42,792 bases of DNA from Candidatus Peregrinibacteria bacterium UBA1369 (GTDB lineage: Bacteria; Patescibacteriota; Gracilibacteria; UBA1369): contig DBRL01000017.1 of NCBI GenBank assembly GCA_002305925.1, positions 29,852 to 72,643 on the forward strand, given 5' to 3'. The notes under the pieces were generated by a model. It did no database searches. It saw only the letters and a program-made list of their open reading frames with translations, and was not told where the DNA came from. Shown here piece after piece: positions 1 through 9,312 of this stretch. The first letter of the stretch is position 1, and every line of letters begins with the position of its first letter. Position numbers and translations under genes: made by a program.

Positions 1-951
1 TTGTTTTTTGCCGCGACGCTTTTTTTCACCGATATAGTGAAAAATACCGCCGGCTAATAAGAGATAGGCGCACATGGCCAGCATTCCCAGAAAGAGCCGG
101 TCGAAGAGGGCGGTGTTCAGTGTGCGAATCAATACGAACATTTTGAAAAAGCTGGTGCCGCAGGCCAGCAGTATCCCTGCCACGAAAGGATAAACCAGGT
201 CCGGATGCGCCTTGCTGGTGGTGGCCAGATTGAGTGAAGTGACGGTGCTGGAATAGAAGCCTCCGATCAGCCCGGTCAGGCTGTAGCCCTTGTGTCGTCC
301 GAAAATTTTTACCAGGATATAGCCCAGGAAGTTAATTCCGCTAATGATGACGATCAGCAGCCAGATGCGATAGGGGTTGATGATGTTGGTGTCGAGCGGT
401 TTGACAAAGGTATCCGGTTCGAAAAAGCCGATAATGCTCTGGTCAAAGGCCTGGTTGGGCAGAAAAGGCAGAATGATAAAGGCGATGATCAGAAATTTGA
501 CCGCGTCGATCAGCTCCGTATAGGAGATGCCCACGATAAATTTGGTCAGGGTGTATTTGAGCGAGAGGACGAAGGTGGTAATGATCGCCACGGTCAGGGC
601 AATCTGGATTTCTCCGTGAAAGGCCAGTGCTCCCATTAAAAAAACTATTACCGAGCTGATGGCGGTTTTGTAACTCATCATTTTTTCGCCGCTGCTGCTC
701 TGGCGGGTCAACGGCACGAAACTATAGGCGATCACGGCAAAAAAGGAAATCAGAAAGACCCAGGGATTGACAATTTGGCTGAGGTAAAGGGCTACTCCCC
801 CAAATAACCCGATCAAAATGTCAGTACGTACGCCAATGGGGCTTTTTTCCTGATTGATCTGCATGCTTTTTTCTCTTTCCAGTCCGACGATAGCCCCGAT
901 AACCGCGCCGATGAAGAGGCGGAAGATGATTTGATTGATGTCATTTCCCAT
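1..951 (-). CDS. MgtC/SapB family membrane protein with DUF4010 domain (3' end runs off the window)
   Basis: Manual translation from ATG at 951 gives MGNDINQIIFRLFIGAVIGAIVGLEREK...GVRT (MgtC GLERE/GxRT motifs), then NPYRIWLLIVIISGINFLGY and GGFYSST typical of DUF4010. Absent from the ORF track because there is no stop in the window. Confidence 0.85.
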   Translation of the reverse strand, partial: MGNDINQIIFRLFIGAVIGAIVGLEREKSMQINQEKSPIGVRTDILIGLFGGVALYLSQIVNPWVFLISFFAVIAYSFVPLTRQSSSGEKMMSYKTAISSVIVFLMGALAFHGEIQIALTVAIITTFVLSLKYTLTKFIVGISYTELIDAVKFLIIAFIILPFLPNQAFDQSIIGFFEPDTFVKPLDTNIINPYRIWLLIVIISGINFLGYILVKIFGRHKGYSLTGLIGGFYSSTVTSLNLATTSKAHPDLVYPFVAGILLACGTSFFKMFVLIRTLNTALFDRLFLGMLAMCAYLLLAGGIFHYIGEKKRRGKKQ

Positions 952-1031
952 TTCAACAGTACGCAAAAAAGATAATTAATCAGATAATTATAGCATTTTT
1001 TGCGCTTACTGATAAGTGAAAAGAGCCGGGC

Positions 1032-1316
1032 TTATTCGGCTTTGGCGGTTTTGGCGGGGGATTTTTTTGCCGATTTGGTGGCAGTGGATTTGGCCTTTTG
1101 GGCGACTTTGTCGGCGGCCCGGGTTTTTTTGGAGACGCGGACGGCTTTGACTTTTTCAGCCTTTTGGCCATAGCGGGCTTCCTGCAGGGCTGCCAGCAGG
1201 GGGGCTTTGCGGGTTTTAGCTTTGGCCTTGTTGAGTTTCTTGGAAACTTTGCTCTTGGGTCTGGTTTCATTCATGGTGTGCAGGCCGTGCTGATGATTGA
1301 TGTGCTTGTTGGACAT
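1032..1316 (-). CDS. Small Lys/Ala-rich basic protein (histone H1-like composition); alternative start 1274
   Basis: KAKAKTRK...KSTATKSAKKSPAKTAKAE; co-oriented with neighbours and fills the intergenic gap. Confidence 0.6.
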   Translation of the reverse strand: MSNKHINHQHGLHTMNETRPKSKVSKKLNKAKAKTRKAPLLAALQEARYGQKAEKVKAVRVSKKTRAADKVAQKAKSTATKSAKKSPAKTAKAE

Positions 1317-1394
1317 ATTGGATGGGAAAATTACATGCGAAAAGCTGCCTTATTAAAGCGAAGAGTAGGTGAAAAGTCAAATCATTCCGGCTGA

Positions 1395-2372
1395 TTACTC
1401 CAGTTCCTCGTAATCGATCAGTTCGGCGTCGCCGGGTAGGCCAAGAGTGGCATTGACGTTGAAGACGGGGTTTTGGTGGGTTTCGGCGATGCGGGCTTTG
1501 CGCTTATCGGTCATGCTGTAGTCGTTATCGAGCTCCACGCTTTTGCCGTAAGGTATGTAAATATCTTCTTCGTCGAAGGCCCGGCTGAGTTGCAGGGCCA
1601 GGTCCGATTTGATGGCCAGCAGATTGCAGGGGTAGCTGACCCAGCCGCGAAGTGAATAAGTGATACCGGTTTCGGTGAATTTTTTGAAGACGATTTTATG
1701 TGAGGGTTTTTTGAGAATGCTGGGGTGATTTCTGAGAATTTGGTCGAATACTTTGAAGGCGGCTACCTGGTCGGAACCGTAACCGAGCGTGACCACAATT
1801 TCCAGACGTCGTATAGAGGCTCGGGAGAAATTGACGATGGACTGGGTCATTACGTCGCTGTTGTAGATGGTGACGTCCTTCTGGTCAAAGGTGCGGAGAG
1901 AGGTTGCTTGAAAGTCAATTTTGTCGACTTTGCCGGTGAAGTTTTTGATGGTGATGGTGTCACCGATTTTGAAAGGAGATTTGAACATGATCAATATGCC
2001 AGCCACGTAATTTTTGATGATGTCCTGCAGACCGTAACTGAGGCCGAGAATGGTAACGCTGACCAGCAAAGTCATGTCGATGCCCACGGTGCGCAGGGCC
2101 AGGGTAATTGAGATAACGATGATAAAACCGGTGACCAGTTTTTCGAAAAGGTTGAGGGCGGTTTTCTGCTGTTCGTGTTCGACGGCAAGTTTGCGCAGGT
2201 ATCTCTTGCTGTAGCGGATTAAAAATATGCCTACGACGATGATCAGGGCGGCGGTCAGTACGTCGATAAATTTGGTCAGGACATAGGGGCCGAGATTGGC
2301 AAAGTCAATATTGCCGTTGGAACCGTTGTTGCCGACCGGAATATTGTCCGTGGTGGTGATGGGAGTGGCCAT
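1395..2372 (-). CDS. mscS: Small-conductance mechanosensitive channel (MscS family)
   Basis: Three TM helices followed by GLSYGLQDIIKNYVAG and PFKIGDTI..GKV motifs. Confidence 0.9.
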   Translation of the reverse strand: MATPITTTDNIPVGNNGSNGNIDFANLGPYVLTKFIDVLTAALIIVVGIFLIRYSKRYLRKLAVEHEQQKTALNLFEKLVTGFIIVISITLALRTVGIDMTLLVSVTILGLSYGLQDIIKNYVAGILIMFKSPFKIGDTITIKNFTGKVDKIDFQATSLRTFDQKDVTIYNSDVMTQSIVNFSRASIRRLEIVVTLGYGSDQVAAFKVFDQILRNHPSILKKPSHKIVFKKFTETGITYSLRGWVSYPCNLLAIKSDLALQLSRAFDEEDIYIPYGKSVELDNDYSMTDKRKARIAETHQNPVFNVNATLGLPGDAELIDYEELE

Positions 2373-2481
2373 ATGCCGATAATTGCAATAATCTGCATAT
2401 TATAGCACAATTATCTGGGGCGTGGAAGTGGGTGGTGGAAGTTGGCGGCACTGTCGATGTGGCGGGGGGCGCGGCTTGGAT

Positions 2482-4290
2482 TCAACTCTTGGCGCGGCTG
2501 GCCTGCTTGCGTTCGTTTTCGGTGAGCAGTTTTTTGCGCAGGCGGATTGATTTCGGGGTCACTTCGACCAGTTCGTCGGTCTGAATGTATTCAAGGGCAC
2601 TTTCCAGCGAAACTTCTCGCGGTGGAATCAGTTTGATGGCTTCGTCCGCCCCCGAGGTACGCATATTACTCATGCGTTTGGCTTTGCAGGGATTGACCAC
2701 CAGGTCTTCCGGCCGGGAATTTTCGCCGATGATCATGCCTGTATAGACTTTTGTGGTCGGTTTGACAAAAATAGTACCTCTTTCCTGGAGATTCCAGAGG
2801 GCGAAGGCAACGGCCGCCCCGTCTTCACCGGAAATCAGAACTCCGTTCATGCGTTCTCCCAAATAGCCTTTGTGCTGGTCATATTTGAGAAAGTTGTGAT
2901 CCATCAGCCCCTCGCCGCGCGTGTCCATGATGAATTCCGAGCGGAAGCCAAGCAGTCCCCGGGTGGGGATTTCGTATTCCAGCCGGGTGATGCCGTTTTC
3001 GGTCTGCAGGTCTTTCATTTCACCTTTGCGCTGGCCAAGTTTCTCGATGACGGTGCCGACGAATTCTTCCGGTACCGTGATAACCAGCTGCTCAATTGGT
3101 TCGCATTTTTGGCCGTCAATTTCTTTGATGATTACTTCGGGCTGGGAAACCTGCAGCTCGAAGCCCTCGCGGCGCATGGACTCGATCAGTACGGACAGAT
3201 GCAGCTCGCCGCGGCCGGACACCTTGTAGCCGTCGGTGCCGGGAATTGGCTCGACGCGCAGACCGACATTGGTCTGCAGTTCCTTGTCCAGGCGGTCCTT
3301 GATGTGGCGGGTGGTGACAAATTTACCTTCGGTGCCGGCGAAAGGGGAGTTGTTGACCAGAAAATTCATCGAGAGGGTCGGTTCGTCGATCTGCAGCAGG
3401 GGCAGGGCTTCGGGATTGGCGGGGTCGGCAATGGTCTCGCCGATGGTGATGTCCGGGATGCCGGCCACGGCGACGATTTCACCGGCTTCGGCCTGCTGCA
3501 CTTCCGTCTGGCGGATACCTTCGTAGGTATAGATTTTGGTGATGCGGGTGTTTTTGTGGCTGCCGTCGGTTTTGCAGACGGTGACGCTCTGACCGACTTT
3601 CAATACGCCGCAGCTGACGCGCCCGATGGCGATGCGACCGATATAGTCGTCGTAGCCCAGATTGGTTACCTGCATTTGCAGCGGTTTTTCGGCCAGGCTT
3701 TCATTGTAGAGGGGAACGTGTTTGAGGATGGTTTCAAAAAGCGGGGTGAGATCGCGGCTCTCGTCTTTCATCTCATATTTGGCGATTCCCTCGCGGCCGA
3801 TGGCGTAAATAATCGGGAAATCCAGCTGTTCGTCGGTGGCGCCGAGTTTGACGAAAAGGTCAAAGACCTGATCCACGACAGTTTCGGCGCGCTGGTCCTT
3901 GCGGTCTATTTTATTGATGACCACGATCGGTTTGTGGCCAAGTTTGAGGGATTTGGCCAGGACGAACTTGGTCTGGGGCATCGGGCCTTCCTTGGCATCC
4001 ACGAGAAGGATGACGCAATCCACCATTTTCAGGATGCGCTCCACCTCCGAGCTGAAATCGGCATGACCGGGGGTATCCACTATATTAATCTTGATACCCT
4101 GATAGTAGGCCGAACAGTTTTTGGCAAAGATGGTTATGCCGCGTTCGCGTTCCTGATCATTGGAGTCCATCACCAGTTCCTCCACTTTTTCGTGAGTGTT
4201 GAAGGCGCCTCCCTGGCGCAGCAGAAAGTCGGTCAAAGTGGTTTTGCCGTGGTCAACGTGAGCGATAATGGCGATGGAGAGGGTTTTCAT
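2482..4290 (-). CDS. typA: Translational GTPase TypA/BipA
   Basis: AHVDHGKTT, ERERGITI, DTPGHADF, NKID, GRGELHL and the C-terminal DELVEVTPKSIRLRK. Confidence 0.98.
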   Translation of the reverse strand: MKTLSIAIIAHVDHGKTTLTDFLLRQGGAFNTHEKVEELVMDSNDQERERGITIFAKNCSAYYQGIKINIVDTPGHADFSSEVERILKMVDCVILLVDAKEGPMPQTKFVLAKSLKLGHKPIVVINKIDRKDQRAETVVDQVFDLFVKLGATDEQLDFPIIYAIGREGIAKYEMKDESRDLTPLFETILKHVPLYNESLAEKPLQMQVTNLGYDDYIGRIAIGRVSCGVLKVGQSVTVCKTDGSHKNTRITKIYTYEGIRQTEVQQAEAGEIVAVAGIPDITIGETIADPANPEALPLLQIDEPTLSMNFLVNNSPFAGTEGKFVTTRHIKDRLDKELQTNVGLRVEPIPGTDGYKVSGRGELHLSVLIESMRREGFELQVSQPEVIIKEIDGQKCEPIEQLVITVPEEFVGTVIEKLGQRKGEMKDLQTENGITRLEYEIPTRGLLGFRSEFIMDTRGEGLMDHNFLKYDQHKGYLGERMNGVLISGEDGAAVAFALWNLQERGTIFVKPTTKVYTGMIIGENSRPEDLVVNPCKAKRMSNMRTSGADEAIKLIPPREVSLESALEYIQTDELVEVTPKSIRLRKKLLTENERKQASRAKS

Positions 4291-4344
4291 AGCGCAGGGA
4301 TATTAGCGAATGGATGCTTGTAAAGCAAACTAAAAAACAATACT

Positions 4345-4373
4345 TTGACAATTAATGCAAAATATAGCAGAAT
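4345..4373 (+). promoter_or_regulatory. Candidate sigma70 promoter
   Basis: TTGACA-N17-CAGAAT upstream of the 4380/4395 ORF. Confidence 0.55.
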
Positions 4374-4379
4374 AAACCC

Positions 4380-5015
4380 TTGTCAACAAGTGAAATGACC
4401 AACAATCCCGAACAATATTTTCAAAGCAGCGGCACGGTAGTTTTGCCTGGTCTGGAAGAGGCGGTCAGTCTGCCGCGCCGGGTCTGGTTCCGCAATGACG
4501 GCGCAGTTTCCTCGCTGGTGGAAAACCAGGTGAAAACGGTCATGATCATTCATGGCTATATAGATTTGAATCGTTCCCGTTTGCGCGGGGTGCTGGAAGC
4601 GCCGATAGACAGGCTGGTGGCGGCGGCCGTCGGTCAGATGGTTTTGGCCGAATATCCGGATTTGAGGCATACCAACGGTTATTGTCTGCGTCACGACATA
4701 CCGGGTACCGGAGAGCAGGCTTATGTGGTGGCCAAACGACAGGGTCTGGATCCGACCATGGATGTTTTTGTGGACGGGCACGAAAGCGGACATTTTTTGG
4801 AACGAAATGCCCTGCATTCCCATTTGCAGAGCATGTTGCTGCGGGAAGGGGTGAATTTGGATGCCGGGGCCTACAGTGGCGAAGATTTTGCCGATATTGG
4901 CGGTTTGCTGGCTTTGCGCAGGGCTGTCCGGCGCGGCGTCAAGGGGCTGGGTATGCCGGTTTTTAAACATCGCGGTCCGATCCGTCCGGAACAGGCGGCG
5001 GCCTTCGCTGGCTAA
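4380..5015 (+). CDS. Hypothetical protein (ATG start possibly 4395)
   Basis: 211-aa ORF after a good promoter; no recognisable motif. Confidence 0.7.
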   Translation: MSTSEMTNNPEQYFQSSGTVVLPGLEEAVSLPRRVWFRNDGAVSSLVENQVKTVMIIHGYIDLNRSRLRGVLEAPIDRLVAAAVGQMVLAEYPDLRHTNGYCLRHDIPGTGEQAYVVAKRQGLDPTMDVFVDGHESGHFLERNALHSHLQSMLLREGVNLDAGAYSGEDFADIGGLLALRRAVRRGVKGLGMPVFKHRGPIRPEQAAAFAG

Positions 5016-5072
5016 TTTACAAAAGCACGAAAATGTGTTACGGTATAGAGAATACTATTAATTCTTTTTACC

Positions 5073-5447
5073 ATGCATACATTGGACAGACAGCGGCAAC
5101 CGGACAGGGCCATTTATGAAAATTACCGGAGTTGCTATGAGGACGCCAAAGAGGTTCCGGATTTTAGCGCTATGCTCAAGGTCTTGCGGGATGTCAACGC
5201 CGAGCTGAAATTATATTACGATGATTTACAGGTGATTTATGACGAGCCCCCGCAGCATGGCGGCGGACTGGCCAAAAATATGGACAGGATTCAAAACATG
5301 AAGTCGGCCTTGCCCAATCTGCAGGGAATGGTACTGCTGGCCGAAAGCACTCTGAAATCCAAATCCGAATTTTTTCTTTTTCGGGGGCAGGTGGAGGCCG
5401 CCAAAAAGGCCCTGCAACATCTGGAGTCTTTCCTGGCCGGTTATTAG
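5073..5447 (+). CDS. Hypothetical helical protein
   Basis: 124-aa ATG ORF co-oriented with neighbours. Confidence 0.65.
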   Translation: MHTLDRQRQPDRAIYENYRSCYEDAKEVPDFSAMLKVLRDVNAELKLYYDDLQVIYDEPPQHGGGLAKNMDRIQNMKSALPNLQGMVLLAESTLKSKSEFFLFRGQVEAAKKALQHLESFLAGY

Positions 5448-5473
5448 GCAGGTTTCTTTTTTATCCAAACACC

Positions 5474-6493
5474 ATGCGAAGAGGTCCGAAGGAAAACGCG
5501 GCAAATGAACCAATGGAGCGGCAGGTGGACATTTCCACTTTGCCTGATGCGCTGAAAAAATTATGGTATGTAGCCAGCTGTCTGTCACCAGGGGCGCAGG
5601 TAATGCTGCAGCTGGGCAGTAACGGCATCAGCGGTTTTACGCGCGCCGAGCTGAAAGAACTGGAAAGACATTGTTTTTCCAGGGAGACGGTGACGGACTC
5701 TGATCCGCCCCTACATATGCAGTTTTCCAGGGATGAAAACGGGAAGACTTTTCTGCGGCTTTTGCGCTGGTCGGCCACGGAAAACAAATGGAAAGCCGGT
5801 TTTTATTTGGGGGGCAACCCGCTTTCTTTTCAGGGTGCAATGCTGTTGCCCGGGGAAGATGAATTCACAACTTATATCCTGCCCATACTACGGAAGCTGG
5901 AAGCAGTGTCACCGAAAATTGTCAAAAATATTACGCGGGATAAACCGAATCATGTCCTGTACAGGCAGTTTTTCACCACTTATCCCGATGACGCCTATTG
6001 GATGCAGCTGAATTCTCCGGAAGCGCCCGATATTCATCGGGGCGTGGTTTATCGTCTCTATGTTCATCCGCAGATTCGCAGTGTGGAGCAGTATATTGAT
6101 CAGGCCAAACAGGTGGCCCGTCTGGCCCGAGAGTATAACCGGCCGCTTGTTTTCAAGATGATGCATTCCGGTCCGCGGGCCGGCGAGGTGATTCTGGATC
6201 CTGACAGTTCCAAAATTTGTTTTTATTTCCGTGAACAGCAGGAGGCCGTCAGATTTGGCAACTATCTGAACAGCCATTTGTCGGCGCAAAACGGTTTTAT
6301 TGCGCCGCGCATACCGCTAAAGGAACGTTTTGAGCCGCAGAAAGTCTGGCAGAACGGTCTGCTGGTGATGGGCAAAGGTACCCGCGAAGAGCGGCGCGAG
6401 GTGCGGCGCAAACTGGACAACATCAATAATTTGCGCACGCAGGTCCGGCAGGACGTGCTGCGCCAGGCCAGGGATTTGAGCATGACTTTATAA
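5474..6493 (+). CDS. Hypothetical protein; C-terminal half resembles the HopA1/phosphothreonine-lyase-like fold
   Basis: Pattern YRLYVHP...LVFKM...SKICFYF resembles the RxY/FK/xxYF strands of that family (by eye). Confidence 0.55.
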   Translation: MRRGPKENAANEPMERQVDISTLPDALKKLWYVASCLSPGAQVMLQLGSNGISGFTRAELKELERHCFSRETVTDSDPPLHMQFSRDENGKTFLRLLRWSATENKWKAGFYLGGNPLSFQGAMLLPGEDEFTTYILPILRKLEAVSPKIVKNITRDKPNHVLYRQFFTTYPDDAYWMQLNSPEAPDIHRGVVYRLYVHPQIRSVEQYIDQAKQVARLAREYNRPLVFKMMHSGPRAGEVILDPDSSKICFYFREQQEAVRFGNYLNSHLSAQNGFIAPRIPLKERFEPQKVWQNGLLVMGKGTREERREVRRKLDNINNLRTQVRQDVLRQARDLSMTL

Positions 6494-6509
6494 TAATTAT
6501 GGTAATTGT

Positions 6510-6539
6510 CCGGCCGTCCTTTGCCGGTCTTTTGTTTTT
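6510..6539 (+). terminator. Possible intrinsic terminator
   Basis: CCGGC-N8-GCCGG followed by TCTTTTGTTTTT just after the 6493 stop. Confidence 0.4.
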
Positions 6540-6595
6540 GGCAATTACCGGGGAATCTGCTATAGATATTGGCGTTGAAATCTTAAATAAACGCA

Positions 6596-8152
6596 ATGTC
6601 TAGCAAAAAGAAAATAACCACGCGGGCGGAGGATTATTCCAAATGGTACCTGGATGTGATTGAAGTGGCCGATCTGGCTGAGAACGCGGCGGTGAAGGGC
6701 TGCATGGTGATCAAACCCTATGGCTATGCCATCTGGGAAAATTTTCAGGCCGTACTGGACCGCATGATCAAGGAAACCGGCCATCAGAATGCCTATTTCC
6801 CGCTGCTGATTCCCAAGTCCTTTCTGTCCCGCGAGGCCAGTCACGTGGAGGGCTTTGCCAAGGAATGCGCCGTGGTTACTCATTACCGGCTGAAGGCCCA
6901 GGACGGGGGAGTGGTGGTTGATCCGGAAGCCAAACTGACCGAGGAGCTGATCATTCGTCCGACTTCCGAGACGATTATCTATGATACCTTTTCGCGCTGG
7001 GTTTCCTCCTGGCGTGATTTGCCGCTGCTGGTCAATCAGTGGGCCAATATTGTGCGCTGGGAGATGCGTACCCGGCCTTTTCTGCGTACTACGGAGTTTC
7101 TCTGGCAGGAGGGGCACACCGCTCATGCTACCAAGGAAGAGGCGGACGCCGAAGTATCCAAAATGCTGGAAGTTTACCGCGTTTTTGCCGAGGAATATCT
7201 GGCTATCCCGGTGATCAAGGGGTTGAAATCCGAGTCGGAAAAGTTTGCTGGAGCGCTCTATACCACTACCATTGAGGCGATGATGCAGGACGGCAAGGCA
7301 CTGCAGGCTGGTACTTCGCATAATCTGGGCCAGCATTTTGCGGAGGTTTTTGAGGTGAAATTTGCCGATCAGGACGGGCAGCTGAAATATTGCTGGACGA
7401 CCAGCTGGGGGGTCAGCACACGAATGATGGGCGCGCTGATTATGTGCCATTCCGATGATAAGGGGCTGGTGCTGCCGCCGAAAATTGCGCCGGTCAAAGT
7501 GGTGATTGTGCCGATCTGGAAGGACGAAGCCAAAAAGGCACAGATGCTGGAGGCGGCGGCGAAACTGGCTGGGGAGGTGTCTGCCGGGCTGGCTGGCGTT
7601 GGCCCTGTGAGTGTCGGGGGTGGCGCGGGGGCTGCGGTGACGGCTGGGGCTGCCCCGGGCGGTCTGCTGGGCGCGGTTAAAGTTGACACGCGCGACCATC
7701 TGACGGTTGGTGAGAAATTTTACGAATGGGAGAAAAAGGGCGTGCCGCTGCGCATTGAGCTGGGCGAGCGTGAGCTGGAGGCCGGTCAGGTGGTGGTGGT
7801 GCGGCGCGATGACGGCAGCAAGCAAAATCTGCCGCTGGATCAGGTGGCCGGTCAGGTTTCGGGGCTTTTGGAGGCTATTCAGACGGCGCTATTTGAAAAA
7901 GCCAGGAACTTCCGCGAGGCCAATATGCACGAAATAGAAGATTATACTGCCTTTAAAAAACAGCTGGAAGCCGATGTCCCGGGTTTTATTGTCTCTCACT
8001 GGTGCGGTTCTGCGGTTTGCGAGGAGCAGATCAAGGAAGAGACCAAGGCTTCGACCCGCTGTATGCCGTTTGATTTGGAAAAAACTTCCGGCAAATGCAT
8101 AAAATGCGGTACGGAAACCGATCGGCGCATTATTTTCGCCAAGGCGTATTAA
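6596..8152 (+). CDS. proS: Proline--tRNA ligase, archaeal/eukaryotic type
   Basis: [46 protein letters not shown]-terminal Zn-binding cysteines and the terminal FAKAY. Confidence 0.97.
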   Translation: MSSKKKITTRAEDYSKWYLDVIEVADLAENAAVKGCMVIKPYGYAIWENFQAVLDRMIKETGHQNAYFPLLIPKSFLSREASHVEGFAKECAVVTHYRLKAQDGGVVVDPEAKLTEELIIRPTSETIIYDTFSRWVSSWRDLPLLVNQWANIVRWEMRTRPFLRTTEFLWQEGHTAHATKEEADAEVSKMLEVYRVFAEEYLAIPVIKGLKSESEKFAGALYTTTIEAMMQDGKALQAGTSHNLGQHFAEVFEVKFADQDGQLKYCWTTSWGVSTRMMGALIMCHSDDKGLVLPPKIAPVKVVIVPIWKDEAKKAQMLEAAAKLAGEVSAGLAGVGPVSVGGGAGAAVTAGAAPGGLLGAVKVDTRDHLTVGEKFYEWEKKGVPLRIELGERELEAGQVVVVRRDDGSKQNLPLDQVAGQVSGLLEAIQTALFEKARNFREANMHEIEDYTAFKKQLEADVPGFIVSHWCGSAVCEEQIKEETKASTRCMPFDLEKTSGKCIKCGTETDRRIIFAKAY

Positions 8153-8171
8153 GCCGGTGGTACCGCGCGCT

Positions 8172-8199
8172 TTGACATGCTAGTAATATAGTATATAAT
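8172..8199 (+). promoter_or_regulatory. Consensus sigma70 promoter
   Basis: TTGACA-N16-TATAAT, 32 bp before ATG 8232. Confidence 0.75.
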
Positions 8200-8231
8200 T
8201 AGCCCTTATTTAAAGTTATTAAGGGCTGTGC

Positions 8232-8804
8232 ATGTCGATTAAAAAAGACCATGCCTTGGAGGATGCTCAATCAGAGGATTTGATTGAGTCGATGAAAACC
8301 GCTTTGCCGGAAAATATTGCGCGAACTTTAGTGGAGGCTTTGGCCGGACTCAGACCTGAGGATTTGGGCCGCGTGCCCGTATTGGGGGAGGCCGTGTTGT
8401 GCTTTTCTCCGGCAGATCTGGAGATGTTGAGAATTTATATTCATGGTGCCTTGGAACAGGTTCACAAGGATTTGTTTGAAGGCAAGAAATTGGTTGTTCC
8501 CGTTTGTCCTCAGCCACCTCTTTTGCCCGATGCTCGAATTGGTGAAGATGCCGATGCGGAAGTTACGGATGGATTGTATGCTTTGAAAAAGAAACAATAT
8601 CAGGTGGAAATGCAGAGATATCATCGTCTCAAGGCGGCAAAAGACCAGCTTTGGGAAGATTTGCATGTGCTTTATACCCTGGAATGCGAGTTGCGTGATT
8701 GTCGTCTGGAGGCCGTGCCGGATTTGGAGGCGACTATGTTGTCGAACGCGATACATACTTCCGTGATTAAGGCGGGTGAAACATCGGAGGGAGAAGGGGA
8801 GTAG
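8232..8804 (+). CDS. Hypothetical protein
   Basis: 190-aa ORF behind a consensus promoter; no motif recognised. Confidence 0.7.
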   Translation: MSIKKDHALEDAQSEDLIESMKTALPENIARTLVEALAGLRPEDLGRVPVLGEAVLCFSPADLEMLRIYIHGALEQVHKDLFEGKKLVVPVCPQPPLLPDARIGEDADAEVTDGLYALKKKQYQVEMQRYHRLKAAKDQLWEDLHVLYTLECELRDCRLEAVPDLEATMLSNAIHTSVIKAGETSEGEGE

Positions 8805-9035
8805 GGTCGGATGCCGCTTCTCCCACCGGCCGTTTCAGGCGCGCGGATAGCGCGCCCGCTTCGGACTCCCGCCGGCACCAGCTGCTCGGATAGCGCAACC
8901 GCCAGCCGCCGCGCGCTCCTGCCGCGCTATCGCATAGCCGTCCGCCGGTTCCAGCTTATCCGCCGGCACAGATGCGGCGACCTCACCGCCGTCGTCGCCA
9001 CCAGCCAATCCGCTTGTAAAAGCCGACCAACGGCC

Positions 9036-9061
9036 AAAAAGTCTGCGCGCGCAGACTTTTT
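9036..9061. repeat. Perfect 26-bp palindrome, copy 1 of a three-copy motif
   Basis: AAAAAGTCTGCGCGCGCAGACTTTTT; the core recurs at 9739-9758 and 12292-12310. Confidence 0.9.
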
Positions 9062-9312
9062 TCTTGTTTTCGCTCCGCCGACCGCGCCAGCCGCTCGCCC
9101 CAGCCGCTCGATAGCACAGCCAGCGCGGGCTATTATGCGAAATGACTATGATTTCAACATATCGGCGCGCTGCCCGTCCCCGTCGCTCCCGCTTTTTGGC
9201 TTCCCGCTGCGGCGACCAGCCTGCAACTTGACAGCCGCCCGCAAGCCCGAATAGTTGATTAATGGCTTTAGCAAAATATAATTTAGACATAACAAAAATT
9301 AATCCGCCGCGC

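Noticed and set aside
2872-4323. 483-aa plus-strand ORF and other long antisense ORFs (6560-7825, 18017-19336, 41841-42467)
   Set aside because: Antisense shadows of well-supported genes (typA, proS, tal/pgi, HAD) in GC-rich DNA, with no motifs.
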